Positions 1-7,033 are shown, counted from the first letter of the stretch. The stretch: 25,394 bases of DNA from a virus (IMGVR_UViG_3300037470_000149:1-25394), one strand, 5' to 3'. The notes: generated by a model from the sequence alone, not told the origin. Made by a program: numbers and translations.

Positions 1-97
1 ATGCGGCACGAGCTAATGACGCTGCGATTTCCTCCACCGGGATGTGGGTGGGCACAGTGGTGTCAGCGGGGATGGTGGCGAGTGAAGTGTGGGTCAT
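1..97 (-). CDS. Hypothetical protein, 5' part only (MTHTSLATIPADTTVPTHIPVEEIAASLARAA...), runs off the window edge
   Basis: Not in the ORF track. ATG at 97 is preceded by AGGAGA (SD-like) and a sigma70-like promoter at 146-174; the frame is open to position 1. Confidence 0.6.
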   Translation of the reverse strand, partial: MTHTSLATIPADTTVPTHIPVEEIAASLARAA

Positions 98-145
98 CGT
101 TCTATCTCCTCTGTGGGGCGGGCTCTATGCCCTATCGACAATCTC

Positions 146-174
146 AATGTAGGGCAGTCGCCCCACACAGTCAA
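146..174 (-). promoter_or_regulatory. sigma70-like promoter TTGACT-N17-TACATT with an imperfect palindrome (GTAGGGC-agtc-GCCCCAC, 149-166) over the spacer
   Basis: Read directly on the minus strand; 17-nt spacing; lies upstream of an SD and ATG. Confidence 0.6.
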
Positions 175-185
175 GAGAAATCGAC

Positions 186-560
186 ATGACGAGCGAAAAT
201 AATTTAGCCTCGCCGTACCCCGACCAGATCGCCCGTCTCAAGCAGGAGCGAGACGCGCAGGACCGGCGCATCGCGGAACTGGAGGGCGAGGTCGAGAGGC
301 TGCGGAGTGCCATGCGGAAAGATCCGAACACAATCATGATCGCCTATGAGGATGGAAGGCACCAAAAACTGGCGCGATGGAGCTGCAAGCTTGTTGATAC
401 GTTGATAGAGATTGCTGAGCAGGACGTGATCGAGATAGCGCTGGACCCTGAGTGGCCACGTCGGGTCGCCCTTGCACAGATCGGCAATCGCATCACGGAG
501 AACGCCCCTCGCCGCGCCGCCCAGCACGACGAGGAGCGAGAGGCGCGCAGACGACTATGA
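186..560 (+). CDS. Hypothetical phage protein with N-terminal coiled coil
   Basis: 124-aa ORF; its stop overlaps the next start (ATGA at 557-560). Confidence 0.65.
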   Translation: MTSENNLASPYPDQIARLKQERDAQDRRIAELEGEVERLRSAMRKDPNTIMIAYEDGRHQKLARWSCKLVDTLIEIAEQDVIEIALDPEWPRRVALAQIGNRITENAPRRAAQHDEEREARRRL

Positions 561-1132
561 CGGCAATCACAGCGGAGATATTCATGAAACACCGGGGACG
601 CAGACGCAAGGACCACGCGCCACGCACGCCTGGCGGCAGGATTTGTCGCTCCCAAGAGGCGCAGCACGGGATGCGCGAGCACGACGAACGCGATGCTCAG
701 AAAGTTGTCTCGTTGCGCCTGATGAGGGAGGAGCTGCGCCGGAACGTGATGCATGAATGGTATGGTTTTCCGCTCGGCAAGCTGGCGCTAGAGGAATACA
801 TTACCGGCGAGGAGCTTGACGCGGGCCGCGCATGGGCGGAACTGACGTGGCGATGGTCACAGTACCAGGGCATCATGCTGCCGAAATGCAAGGCAATCGA
901 TTGGGAGGGACCGGGAGGGCGCAGCCTCGCAAAACCGCCTGACGAGGAGAAAATCGAGGCCAATCGGAAGCAGAAGGACGCGGACGACGCCAAGATCAAA
1001 ACAGCCGGTTTCGGCGCCATGCGGGAGATGATGCAGGTCTGCATCTGCGACGAGGAGCCTAGTGACCGGCGACTGCTGAGGCGGGCCTTGCAGAAACTGC
1101 TTGACAAGGTGGACGAATCATGTCAAGGATGA
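557..1132 (+). CDS. Putative late-gene activator/antiterminator (DUF6456 / GafZ-like, in the position of lambda Q)
   Basis: ATGA-coupled start at 557. Basic N-terminus (GRRRK..RTPGGRICRS) and a PLGKL...IT.EE.DAGR.W motif like alphaproteobacterial phage proteins found upstream of terS. Followed by a candidate promoter and terminator. The CDS is likely; the function is inferred. Confidence 0.55.
   Translation: MTAITAEIFMKHRGRRRKDHAPRTPGGRICRSQEAQHGMREHDERDAQKVVSLRLMREELRRNVMHEWYGFPLGKLALEEYITGEELDAGRAWAELTWRWSQYQGIMLPKCKAIDWEGPGGRSLAKPPDEEKIEANRKQKDADDAKIKTAGFGAMREMMQVCICDEEPSDRRLLRRALQKLLDKVDESCQG
1100..1130 (+). promoter_or_regulatory. Candidate late promoter: TTGACA at 1101-1106 within the palindrome CTTGACA-N14-TGTCAAG; weak -10 (AAGGAT, 1125-1130)
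   Basis: Perfect -35 hexamer and a 7-bp inverted repeat at the 3' end of the putative activator gene. Confidence 0.45.
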
Positions 1133-1152
1133 AATTCCATGGTGGTGTGATG

Positions 1153-1185
1153 CGCCCGGAGCTGGAGACAGCGGTCGGGCGTTTT
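1153..1185 (+). terminator. Rho-independent terminator-like hairpin (CGCCCG..GCTG-GAGA-CAGC..CGGGCG-TTTT)
   Basis: GC stem with a GNRA loop and a T4 tail, just upstream of the packaging genes. Confidence 0.6.
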
Positions 1186-1238
1186 CGTGATTACCGGGTT
1201 GATGCCATGACCCGCGCCGCCACAAAGAAGGTGAAACA

Positions 1239-1490
1239 ATGAGCTTTATTCAGCGAGAGATTGATCGGATTAGGCCCCTGCTTGTGGCCAACCCCGACCA
1301 GCCGGAATTGTACGCCGCCCAGCAGGCGCTTTGCTGGGCGCTGGAGCCTAGCGGCGTAAAGTCACCCTATGAGATGATCACCTGCAGTGGGGCAGAGCCA
1401 GAAGGTTGTTCGGCTCCAAGCCATCCGACTCAGTCTTCAGATACTTTCGACGGCGTCACTGCAAACAGAGCCGAACAATGCCCTTCGTAA
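1239..1490 (+). CDS. Hypothetical protein
   Basis: 83-aa ORF with SD-like AAGGTG; overlaps the terS start. Confidence 0.55.
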   Translation: MSFIQREIDRIRPLLVANPDQPELYAAQQALCWALEPSGVKSPYEMITCSGAEPEGCSAPSHPTQSSDTFDGVTANRAEQCPS

Positions 1491-1783
1491 AAGGCCAATC
1501 AGGCAACCCAAACGGGCGGCCCAAGGTCGTCAAGGACGTGCAGGATCTTGCGCGGCAGCACACGCTCGATGCCATTGACACATTGGCCCGGATCATGGGC
1601 GACGAGGAAGCGGCGCCAGCGGCCCGCGTTGCGGCGGCAAATGCTATTCTGGACCGGGGCTATGGCAAGCCTGCGCAGCACATCAGCGCCGAGGTCTCAC
1701 AGCGCTACGTCGCAGAGCTTCCCAGCGTGGCACAGGACGGTGACACATGGGAGCAGCAATACGCGCCCAAACGACTGCAGTAG
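1478..1783 (+). CDS. terS: Putative terminase small subunit (DUF5681-type N-terminus)
   Basis: Starts MPFVKGQSGNPNGRPK and contains RVAAANAILDRGYGKP; lies upstream of terL. Start set at ATG 1478. Confidence 0.75.
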   Translation: MPFVKGQSGNPNGRPKVVKDVQDLARQHTLDAIDTLARIMGDEEAAPAARVAAANAILDRGYGKPAQHISAEVSQRYVAELPSVAQDGDTWEQQYAPKRLQ

Positions 1784-1785
1784 CC
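1772..1785 (+). repeat. Direct repeat A, left copy (CGACTGCAGTAGCC, 14 bp)
   Basis: Identical to 2902-2915; contains the terS stop codon. Confidence 0.85.
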
Positions 1786-1786
1786 G

Positions 1787-1972
1787 CTAGGAACGCCACG
1801 GCGGCAGCCTGAACGCCAAAGCGGCACAGGCCAGTGCGATGTACTGCGGAACCGGCGAAACGCCGTGTAGCCAGCGTCTGAGGCCGTTATGAGAGCACCC
1901 GAGCCGGCGAGCGGTTTCCCGCTCTGACCAGTTCATGTGCTCGATGAAGGCGCGGAGATCAGTCGCGGTCAT
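1787..1972 (-). CDS. Small XRE/Cro-like helix-turn-helix protein (61 aa)
   Basis: MTATDLRAFIEHMNWSERETARRLGCSHNGLRRWLHG fits an HTH pattern; ATGA-coupled to the upstream ORF. Confidence 0.8.
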   Translation of the reverse strand: MTATDLRAFIEHMNWSERETARRLGCSHNGLRRWLHGVSPVPQYIALACAALAFRLPPWRS

Positions 1973-2286
1973 GGGCTGGGAGCGACCTTCGCCAGCGCGG
2001 CGTCTGCTTCGGCCCATGCATCCTTGAGCAACTTCGCCTCGTCATCGGATACCTGTGCGTAGATGCCATCATAGGTGGCACTCAGCCGCTGCAGCGCACT
2101 GTAGAGATCGGGCGATGCCGCTATCAACTTGGCGTTGGCCTCGGCCTGACCGTTGAAACCGCTCTCACCGTAGGCGACGCTGCAAATGGAACGGCCAATC
2201 GCCGACACCACCGGCCAGCCGACGACCGATGAAGGCTTGGCCGCTGCTTTCCACGGCCCCGGCGTATGTGCGTGTGCGGTGCTCAT
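1969..2286 (-). CDS. Phage hypothetical protein of the HTPGPW...ANAxLIAAxPDL type
   Basis: Motifs HTPGPW and EANAKLIAASPDLYSAL, commonly seen in phage early-region genes. Confidence 0.8.
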   Translation of the reverse strand: MSTAHAHTPGPWKAAAKPSSVVGWPVVSAIGRSICSVAYGESGFNGQAEANAKLIAASPDLYSALQRLSATYDGIYAQVSDDEAKLLKDAWAEADAALAKVAPSP

Positions 2287-2435
2287 GTGTCTGCGCTCCT
2301 GACGATTTGAAACTTCTTTATGTCCACCCCGGACACGCCGCGCCAGAAGTCGCGCAGTTCCTTCTCCGCTGCCTCGCGCGTCGGGTAGGTTTCATCGCCC
2401 CACCGGACGCAGTTCACGTTCAGGATTTCCCACAT
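2283..2435 (-). CDS. Hypothetical protein, 50 aa (MWEILNVNCVRWGDETYPTREAAEKELRDFWRGVSGVDIKKFQIVRSADT)
   Basis: Below the ORF-track cut-off; TGATG overlap at its start and ATGA overlap at its end. Confidence 0.7.
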   Translation of the reverse strand: MWEILNVNCVRWGDETYPTREAAEKELRDFWRGVSGVDIKKFQIVRSADT

Positions 2436-2656
2436 CAGTGGGCGTCCAAGAACTTGGCGCTCGGCAGCAGGCCGGAAGCCTCGACATCGAGCGCCGCGCC
2501 CTTGCCACCCTTCGGCAGCCAGGGATGAACACCGTCAATGGTGAACAGACGGCTGGTGGCGACGCAGCGAACAGTCCAGCCACTCAACAGCTTGTAACCG
2601 CCGGGGACGTTGATCTTGAGGTCAGTGATTTGGATGGCTGAGACTGAGATGGTCAT
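2435..2656 (-). CDS. Hypothetical protein, 73 aa
   Basis: Start and stop both overlap neighbouring ORFs. Confidence 0.65.
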   Translation of the reverse strand: MTISVSAIQITDLKINVPGGYKLLSGWTVRCVATSRLFTIDGVHPWLPKGGKGAALDVEASGLLPSAKFLDAH

Positions 2657-2805
2657 TTGCTGCTTGATTCCAATATGCGGCCAACTTTGACAGCGTAAGC
2701 CTTGGCTTCGGCCTCTGTGTCGAATGAGGCCAACGTGCGCCCACGATATACGGCCTTGTACGGCCGGGGCTCGCCGCGCTTTTCAATCTCTACAGTGTGT
2801 GTCAT
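2653..2805 (-). CDS. Hypothetical protein, 50 aa (MTHTVEIEKRGEPRPYKAVYRGRTLASFDTEAEAKAYAVKVGRILESSSK)
   Basis: SD AAGGGAG upstream; ATGA overlap with the next ORF; FDTEAEA motif reminiscent of AP2/arm-type beta-sheet domains. Confidence 0.7.
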   Translation of the reverse strand: MTHTVEIEKRGEPRPYKAVYRGRTLASFDTEAEAKAYAVKVGRILESSSK

Positions 2806-2831
2806 CTCGTTTCTCCCTTGTTGATGCACCT

Positions 2832-2885
2832 AATATGACGCACATATGCGCCACTGTCAAGGGCTACTGGCGCAGAAAAGCGACA
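2832..2885 (-). promoter_or_regulatory. sigma70-like promoter TTGACA-N17-CATATT (2860 to 2832) with two operator-like palindromes (2836-2853 and 2868-2885)
   Basis: Perfect -35 and 17-nt spacer. The + strand reads TGACGCA-cata-TGCGCCA and TGGCGCA-gaaa-AGCGACA. Confidence 0.7.
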
Positions 2886-2888
2886 ATC

Positions 2889-4430
2889 GTGCAAAATAAT
2901 TCGACTGCAGTAGCCTGGCGGGCTCAGGACGGCCCGCAAACCGCGCTCATAGCCTGTCCGGTCTTCGAGGTCTTTTTCGGCGGGGCGCGTGGCGGCGGCA
3001 AGACAGACGGCGTGCTGGGCGATTTCATCCGCCATGCCGATCTGTATGACGAGAACGCCATCGGCCTCATGGTGCGCCGGGAACGGACGCAGCTCGTCGA
3101 GACCATCGAGCGGTCACGCATGATCTACGGCCCTCTGGGCTGGAAGTACAACGAGCAGGACAAGATGTGGCGGGCGCCCAATGGGGCGCGGCTGCGGTTC
3201 GCCTATCTGGAGCGCGACGCCGACGCGGACTCGTACCAGGGCCATTCCTACAGCCGCGTCTACATCGAGGAGATCGGCACGTTCCCGAACGAACGGCCCA
3301 TCCTCAAGCTCATGGCGACGTTGCGCTCCGGTGCTGGCGTGCCGTGCGGGTTCCGCGCCACGGGTAATCCCGGCGGCCCCGGCCACCACTGGGTCAAGGC
3401 GCGCTACATCGATCCGGCCCCGCTTGGTTGGGCGCGGTCTGTCACGACCTACAGAAATCCATGGACAGGCGAGGCAGTCGAGCGGGACCGGGTGTTCATC
3501 CCGTCGAGGCTGGAGGATAACCGCTACCTCGGGGCTGAGTACGTGGCGAACCTGCAGATGACGGGTTCGGAGAGCCTGGTGAAGGCTTGGCTTGAGGGCG
3601 ACTGGTCTGTTATAGATGGGGCGTACTTTCCTGAATGGAGCACTGAAAAGCATGTTATCTCGCCGTTCGCTATTCCAGATGATTGGCTTAGGTTCCGTAG
3701 CTGCGATTGGGGCTCCGCTGCTCCCTTCAGCGTCGGCTGGTGGGCGGTTGTCGGAGAAGACTACGAAGTCGGGGGCGCCGCCGATGGAACTGAGGAAGTA
3801 CGTCTGGAAGGAAATGGGATACAAGGACGGGCACTTCTACGGATAATTCCCAAAGGCGCGCTGATCCGCTACCGGGAATGGTACGGGGCCAGCGCGCCCA
3901 ATACCGGACTGAAGCTGCCGGCTGAGGACGTAGCCCGCGGCATTCTCGCCAAGGAGGCCGGCGAAAAGATCACCTATGGTGTGATCGATCCGGCGGCCTA
4001 TGCCTCTGACGGCGGCCCATCGATAGCCGAGCGGATGAACCGGGAAGGCGTGCTGTTCCGCAAGGCGGACAACAAGCGTGTCGCGGTGCGCGGCGCCATG
4101 GGCGGCTGGGATCAGATGCGCGCCAGGCTGCGCGGCGATGACGAACGCCCGATGCTGTACGTGTTCTCGACGTGCCGCGATCTGATCAGGACGTTGCCGG
4201 CGATGCAGCACGACGTGAATAGGCCCGAAGATGTTGACAGCGAGTCGGAAGACCACGCGGTCGATGAGGCCAGGTATGCCTGCATGTCGCGGCCGTATCA
4301 GCCGCTGAAGCGCGAGCCCGAGCGGCCCAAGCATCTCGTGCTTGAGGCCCAGCCGGACGGGACGATCACGGCGAACATGAGCGTGATGGAGATTGTGCTG
4401 CGCAAGCAGCGGCAATTAGAGCGTGGCTGA
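2889..4430 (+). CDS. terL: Terminase large subunit
   Basis: Walker A GGARGGGKT, Walker B VYIEE, coupling motif ATGNPGG, nuclease motifs DWG and EDHAVDEARY. Start uncertain; GTG 2889 chosen. Confidence 0.95.
   Translation: MQNNSTAVAWRAQDGPQTALIACPVFEVFFGGARGGGKTDGVLGDFIRHADLYDENAIGLMVRRERTQLVETIERSRMIYGPLGWKYNEQDKMWRAPNGARLRFAYLERDADADSYQGHSYSRVYIEEIGTFPNERPILKLMATLRSGAGVPCGFRATGNPGGPGHHWVKARYIDPAPLGWARSVTTYRNPWTGEAVERDRVFIPSRLEDNRYLGAEYVANLQMTGSESLVKAWLEGDWSVIDGAYFPEWSTEKHVISPFAIPDDWLRFRSCDWGSAAPFSVGWWAVVGEDYEVGGAADGTEEVRLEGNGIQGRALLRIIPKGALIRYREWYGASAPNTGLKLPAEDVARGILAKEAGEKITYGVIDPAAYASDGGPSIAERMNREGVLFRKADNKRVAVRGAMGGWDQMRARLRGDDERPMLYVFSTCRDLIRTLPAMQHDVNRPEDVDSESEDHAVDEARYACMSRPYQPLKREPERPKHLVLEAQPDGTITANMSVMEIVLRKQRQLERG
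2902..2915 (+). repeat. Direct repeat A, right copy
   Basis: Identical to 1772-1785. Confidence 0.85.
4403..4423 (+). repeat. Direct repeat B, left copy (CAAGCAGCGGCAATTAGAGCG, 21 bp)
   Basis: Identical to 4905-4925; encodes the terL C-terminal KQRQLE. Confidence 0.9.
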
Positions 4431-4820
4431 GTGCTTGGTTGCGTAGGTGTCGAGCGCGTCTGCGAGATACCGTAGGTGGCGTGCTAAGGCCCTAGCGTCG
4501 CTTACGCGGCTCTCCGCTTCGTAAGCAAGCATATGTGTCATGTGGTCTTCGATGACAGCGCCGAGGGTGAGTGCATATTCGGGGCCGAGGTCGACAGAGA
4601 ATGGCAGAAAGACGCTGATTGAGAAGCCGCCATCTGGCGTAACGTCTGATCGCACATAGAGATCCGATTCGGCCGCGATTTTAACAACCTCCTCGACGCC
4701 TTTTACGACGGCTGCGGAAAAGAGCTTTGCCGCGTCGTTTGCGGCTACGAGTGTCCAGTCACTCATATCGTCAACAACATTCACTCCGTTACCGCGTGTA
4801 TGTTCGCGCTGTACTTGCAT
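4416..4820 (-). CDS. Hypothetical moron protein, 134 aa
   Basis: SD AGAGGG; candidate promoter TTCCAT-N17-TAGTGT upstream; lies between the two copies of repeat B, and its stop codon is inside the left copy. Confidence 0.7.
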   Translation of the reverse strand: MQVQREHTRGNGVNVVDDMSDWTLVAANDAAKLFSAAVVKGVEEVVKIAAESDLYVRSDVTPDGGFSISVFLPFSVDLGPEYALTLGAVIEDHMTHMLAYEAESRVSDARALARHLRYLADALDTYATKHSATL

Positions 4821-4904
4821 TTGCGTGTTTCCCTCTGTTGCCGCTCAAATTCAGCGGGCTCACACTAGCACGAATCTGACGCCTATGGAACTAGTCATCA
4901 TGGA

Positions 4905-4925
4905 CAAGCAGCGGCAATTAGAGCG
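4905..4925 (+). repeat. Direct repeat B, right copy
   Basis: Identical to 4403-4423. Confidence 0.9.
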
Positions 4926-4927
4926 CA

Positions 4928-5152
4928 ATGGATGATCGCACGACGAAGCGGGAGCGCGCCAAGCTGGCCGCAGCATTGGCCGGTTGGCGTGGCGCCAGGC
5001 CAGAGCTGCAGCCTGAGCCGCCGGTCATCACCGAAGACCCGCTGACCGAAGGCACGAACCCGCTGCTGCGGTGGGCAGAGAAGCTGGATTTCGAGGCGAT
5101 GATGGACGAGTTCATGGCGCTCAGGCGATGGAACGGCGAGCGCGGCACGTGA
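4928..5152 (+). CDS. Hypothetical protein, 74 aa
   Basis: Fills the gap in the + strand operon; high GC at third codon positions. Confidence 0.6.
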   Translation: MDDRTTKRERAKLAAALAGWRGARPELQPEPPVITEDPLTEGTNPLLRWAEKLDFEAMMDEFMALRRWNGERGT

Positions 5153-5165
5153 TCGGAGAGGCACG

Positions 5166-5396
5166 ATGATTGACGTAGGACGAAAACTGCGGGCTGTCAC
5201 CCCGAGCGACGCGACAGTGTTGAACTGTATCGGCTTCTATGTCGGTGTCGCCGGCGACGTGGCGGTGATCGCGCAAGACGACACCGCAGCGGTTACGCTG
5301 GTCGGCTGCACGGCGGGTACGGTGTACCCGATTGCCTGCAACAAGATCATGTCCACGAACACCACGGCGACCGATATCGTCGCCATTCACGGCTGA
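5166..5396 (+). CDS. Head spike base protein (RcGTA Rcc01079/GhsA-like)
   Basis: AVTPSD...YVGVAGDVAV...GTVYPI...TNTTATDIVA matches the pattern of that family; SD GGAGAGG. Confidence 0.8.
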   Translation: MIDVGRKLRAVTPSDATVLNCIGFYVGVAGDVAVIAQDDTAAVTLVGCTAGTVYPIACNKIMSTNTTATDIVAIHG

Positions 5397-5399
5397 GCT

Positions 5400-6146
5400 A
5401 TGCTGATCGGGATTGGTCTCAGCCTCCCCTACAGGAGCTGGGCTAGCGGGGCAATATTCAGCCCGGAATCGCTATTTGCCGCCTCCGAAGCCGGTGCATG
5501 GCACGACCCGTCTGACCTCTCTACCCTATGGCAGGATACCTCAGGTACAGTGTCGGTCACCGCGGACGGACAGAGCGTGGCCCGCGTAGATGACAAGTCC
5601 GGCAACGACAATCACCTCACACAAGGCACGGCCAGCAAGCGCCCGGTCTACAAGACCAGCGGTGGGCGGCGCTGGATGCTGTTCGATGGGGTGGATGATG
5701 CATTGCTGTTTATCCTTGCTGAGGCCTGGCCGCAGCCCGCAACACAGTGGGCGGCTTTTCGACATACAGGGGGAACATCTCCTGACATAATTAATGTAGG
5801 TGATAGTGCTGCTACACGAAATCAATGCGGTGTTCGAAGTGGGCAATTTGAGATGTATGCGGGCACCATCTCAGACATTAGAGCCTCCGACACAACAGAC
5901 GATTACAGCCTCGTAGCAAAGTTTGATGGAGCGGCCAGTTCGGCAATCTTTGATGGAGTCGAAACAGCGGAGGACGCTGGAATAGGCAGTCCTACATCTG
6001 GGAAAAAGTTTGCATTGGGATCATTTGAAGGCACGAGTGCATATCTGGCAGGGCGCATTTATGCAACTGGCACCATAAACCGTGAATTGACGGCCAGTGA
6101 GGAAACGCAACTAGTCGCATACTTAAACGGAAAGGCTGGGCTATGA
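5400..6146 (+). CDS. Head spike fibre / lectin-like (LamG/ConA-type) virion protein (Rcc01080/GhsB-like N-terminus)
   Basis: N-terminal MLIGIGLSL peptide, WHDPSDLSTLWQD...DKSGNDNHLTQ...FDGVDD motifs and a YLNGKAG terminus; directly after the spike base gene. Confidence 0.7.
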   Translation: MLIGIGLSLPYRSWASGAIFSPESLFAASEAGAWHDPSDLSTLWQDTSGTVSVTADGQSVARVDDKSGNDNHLTQGTASKRPVYKTSGGRRWMLFDGVDDALLFILAEAWPQPATQWAAFRHTGGTSPDIINVGDSAATRNQCGVRSGQFEMYAGTISDIRASDTTDDYSLVAKFDGAASSAIFDGVETAEDAGIGSPTSGKKFALGSFEGTSAYLAGRIYATGTINRELTASEETQLVAYLNGKAGL

Positions 6147-6529
6147 CGACATCCCTCTCCATGGTGGTCGAGGCCGCTCATGTTGATAATGCCAACCGCA
6201 TCTTCCGGGCACTGACTGATCCCTTCGGCAACTCGCTGGACGAGAGTCCCGATCCCGGCGCGACGTTCTCGATCCCGCTGTCGCCCTCGGGTGCGCCGAA
6301 CGCTACGCACTACGGCACCCTGGCGACCGGTACGGTGGCTCAAGCCGTGCATGACATCCTGCTCAATGGCTTACCTCAGGACATAGATTGGACCATGTGG
6401 AACCTGACGGCCCAGAAGGCCAATCAGGCATGGAACACGATCAGCTTCAAGGCGGCCGACACGTGGGATTTTCAGCAGGAGTGGTCGGGCTTCCTGAGCC
6501 AGAGGGGCGTCAAGAAGATCGAGGAATGA
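6143..6529 (+). CDS. Hypothetical protein, coupled to the spike fibre gene
   Basis: ATGA overlap; 128 aa. Confidence 0.7.
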   Translation: MTTSLSMVVEAAHVDNANRIFRALTDPFGNSLDESPDPGATFSIPLSPSGAPNATHYGTLATGTVAQAVHDILLNGLPQDIDWTMWNLTAQKANQAWNTISFKAADTWDFQQEWSGFLSQRGVKKIEE

Positions 6530-6533
6530 TGCC

Positions 6534-6695
6534 ATGATCTGGTGGCTGGGCATTATCGGTATTGCGCTAACCTGTGTTGCGATAGCGCTCGATTGCTGGA
6601 CTGAGCCACTCAAATTCCAAGTCTTACGGTCATGGACACTGCTCGCAGCCGTTGGCTGGATCGTCATGGGGTTGCTGGTGTTTATCTTCAACTGA
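6534..6695 (+). CDS. Small membrane protein with two hydrophobic segments, 53 aa (MIWWLGIIGIALTCVAIALDCWTEPLKFQVLRSWTLLAAVGWIVMGLLVFIFN)
   Basis: Not in the ORF track; SD GAGGA at 6521-6525; two hydrophobic stretches of about 20 aa. Confidence 0.6.
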   Translation: MIWWLGIIGIALTCVAIALDCWTEPLKFQVLRSWTLLAAVGWIVMGLLVFIFN

Positions 6696-6807
6696 GCAGC
6701 CACAGCCACACCACGGCCCCGCCTAGCAGGCACAGGATCAGGGCGGTGCCGGGCGACCATCGGCGATGTTGAGGCGAGCGCATAGGCCAGCCTAGCACGG
6801 CCAGCAT
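6688..6807 (-). CDS. Possible small membrane peptide (MLAVLGWPMRSPQHRRWSPGTALILCLLGGAVVWLWLLS)
   Basis: Hydrophobic C-terminus; downstream of the 7033 ORF; start uncertain. Confidence 0.3.
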   Translation of the reverse strand: MLAVLGWPMRSPQHRRWSPGTALILCLLGGAVVWLWLLS

Positions 6808-6823
6808 AAGGATGGAAACGTGA

Positions 6824-7033
6824 TCATGTTCTGGCCCCATCGTGCCTGAAGTGCTCGGCGATCTCATCGGGTTCGGGGCGGACGAACGCCCATCCCTCAC
6901 AGATATCCTCGCCGCACCAGCAGGGCAGGACAACGCGGCGGGATATCTCCACGCCCGGCGCCTTGTAAACGATGCCGCAGTCGCCTGGCACCAGTTTGTG
7001 ATCGGTCAAGAACTGTTCGTATGACTTCCGCAT
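6824..7033 (-). CDS. Small Cys-motif protein (CWCGEDICEGW), 69 aa
   Basis: Strong SD AGGAGG before ATG 7033; promoter at 7057-7085. Confidence 0.75.
   Translation of the reverse strand: MRKSYEQFLTDHKLVPGDCGIVYKAPGVEISRRVVLPCWCGEDICEGWAFVRPEPDEIAEHFRHDGART

Larger units (their letters stand above)
1786..2901 (-). mobile_element. Antisense five-gene moron cassette inserted at the terS/terL overlap and bounded by direct repeat A
   Basis: Own promoter and SD, five translationally coupled small ORFs, 14-bp flanking duplication. No integrase or transposase inside. Confidence 0.65.

Noticed and set aside
2724-2888. ORF-track start of terL at 2724
   Set aside because: The extension overlaps an antisense gene and its promoter inside the inserted cassette and does not look like terminase sequence.
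1786-4904. IS element or integrase-type att sites as the source of repeats A and B
   Set aside because: No transposase, integrase or terminal inverted repeats are seen, and the two repeats share no consensus. An enzyme encoded outside the window cannot be excluded.
5700-6146. Diversity-generating retroelement variable region in the spike fibre
   Set aside because: No template repeat or reverse transcriptase is visible in the window; domain exchange explains the composition shift more simply.
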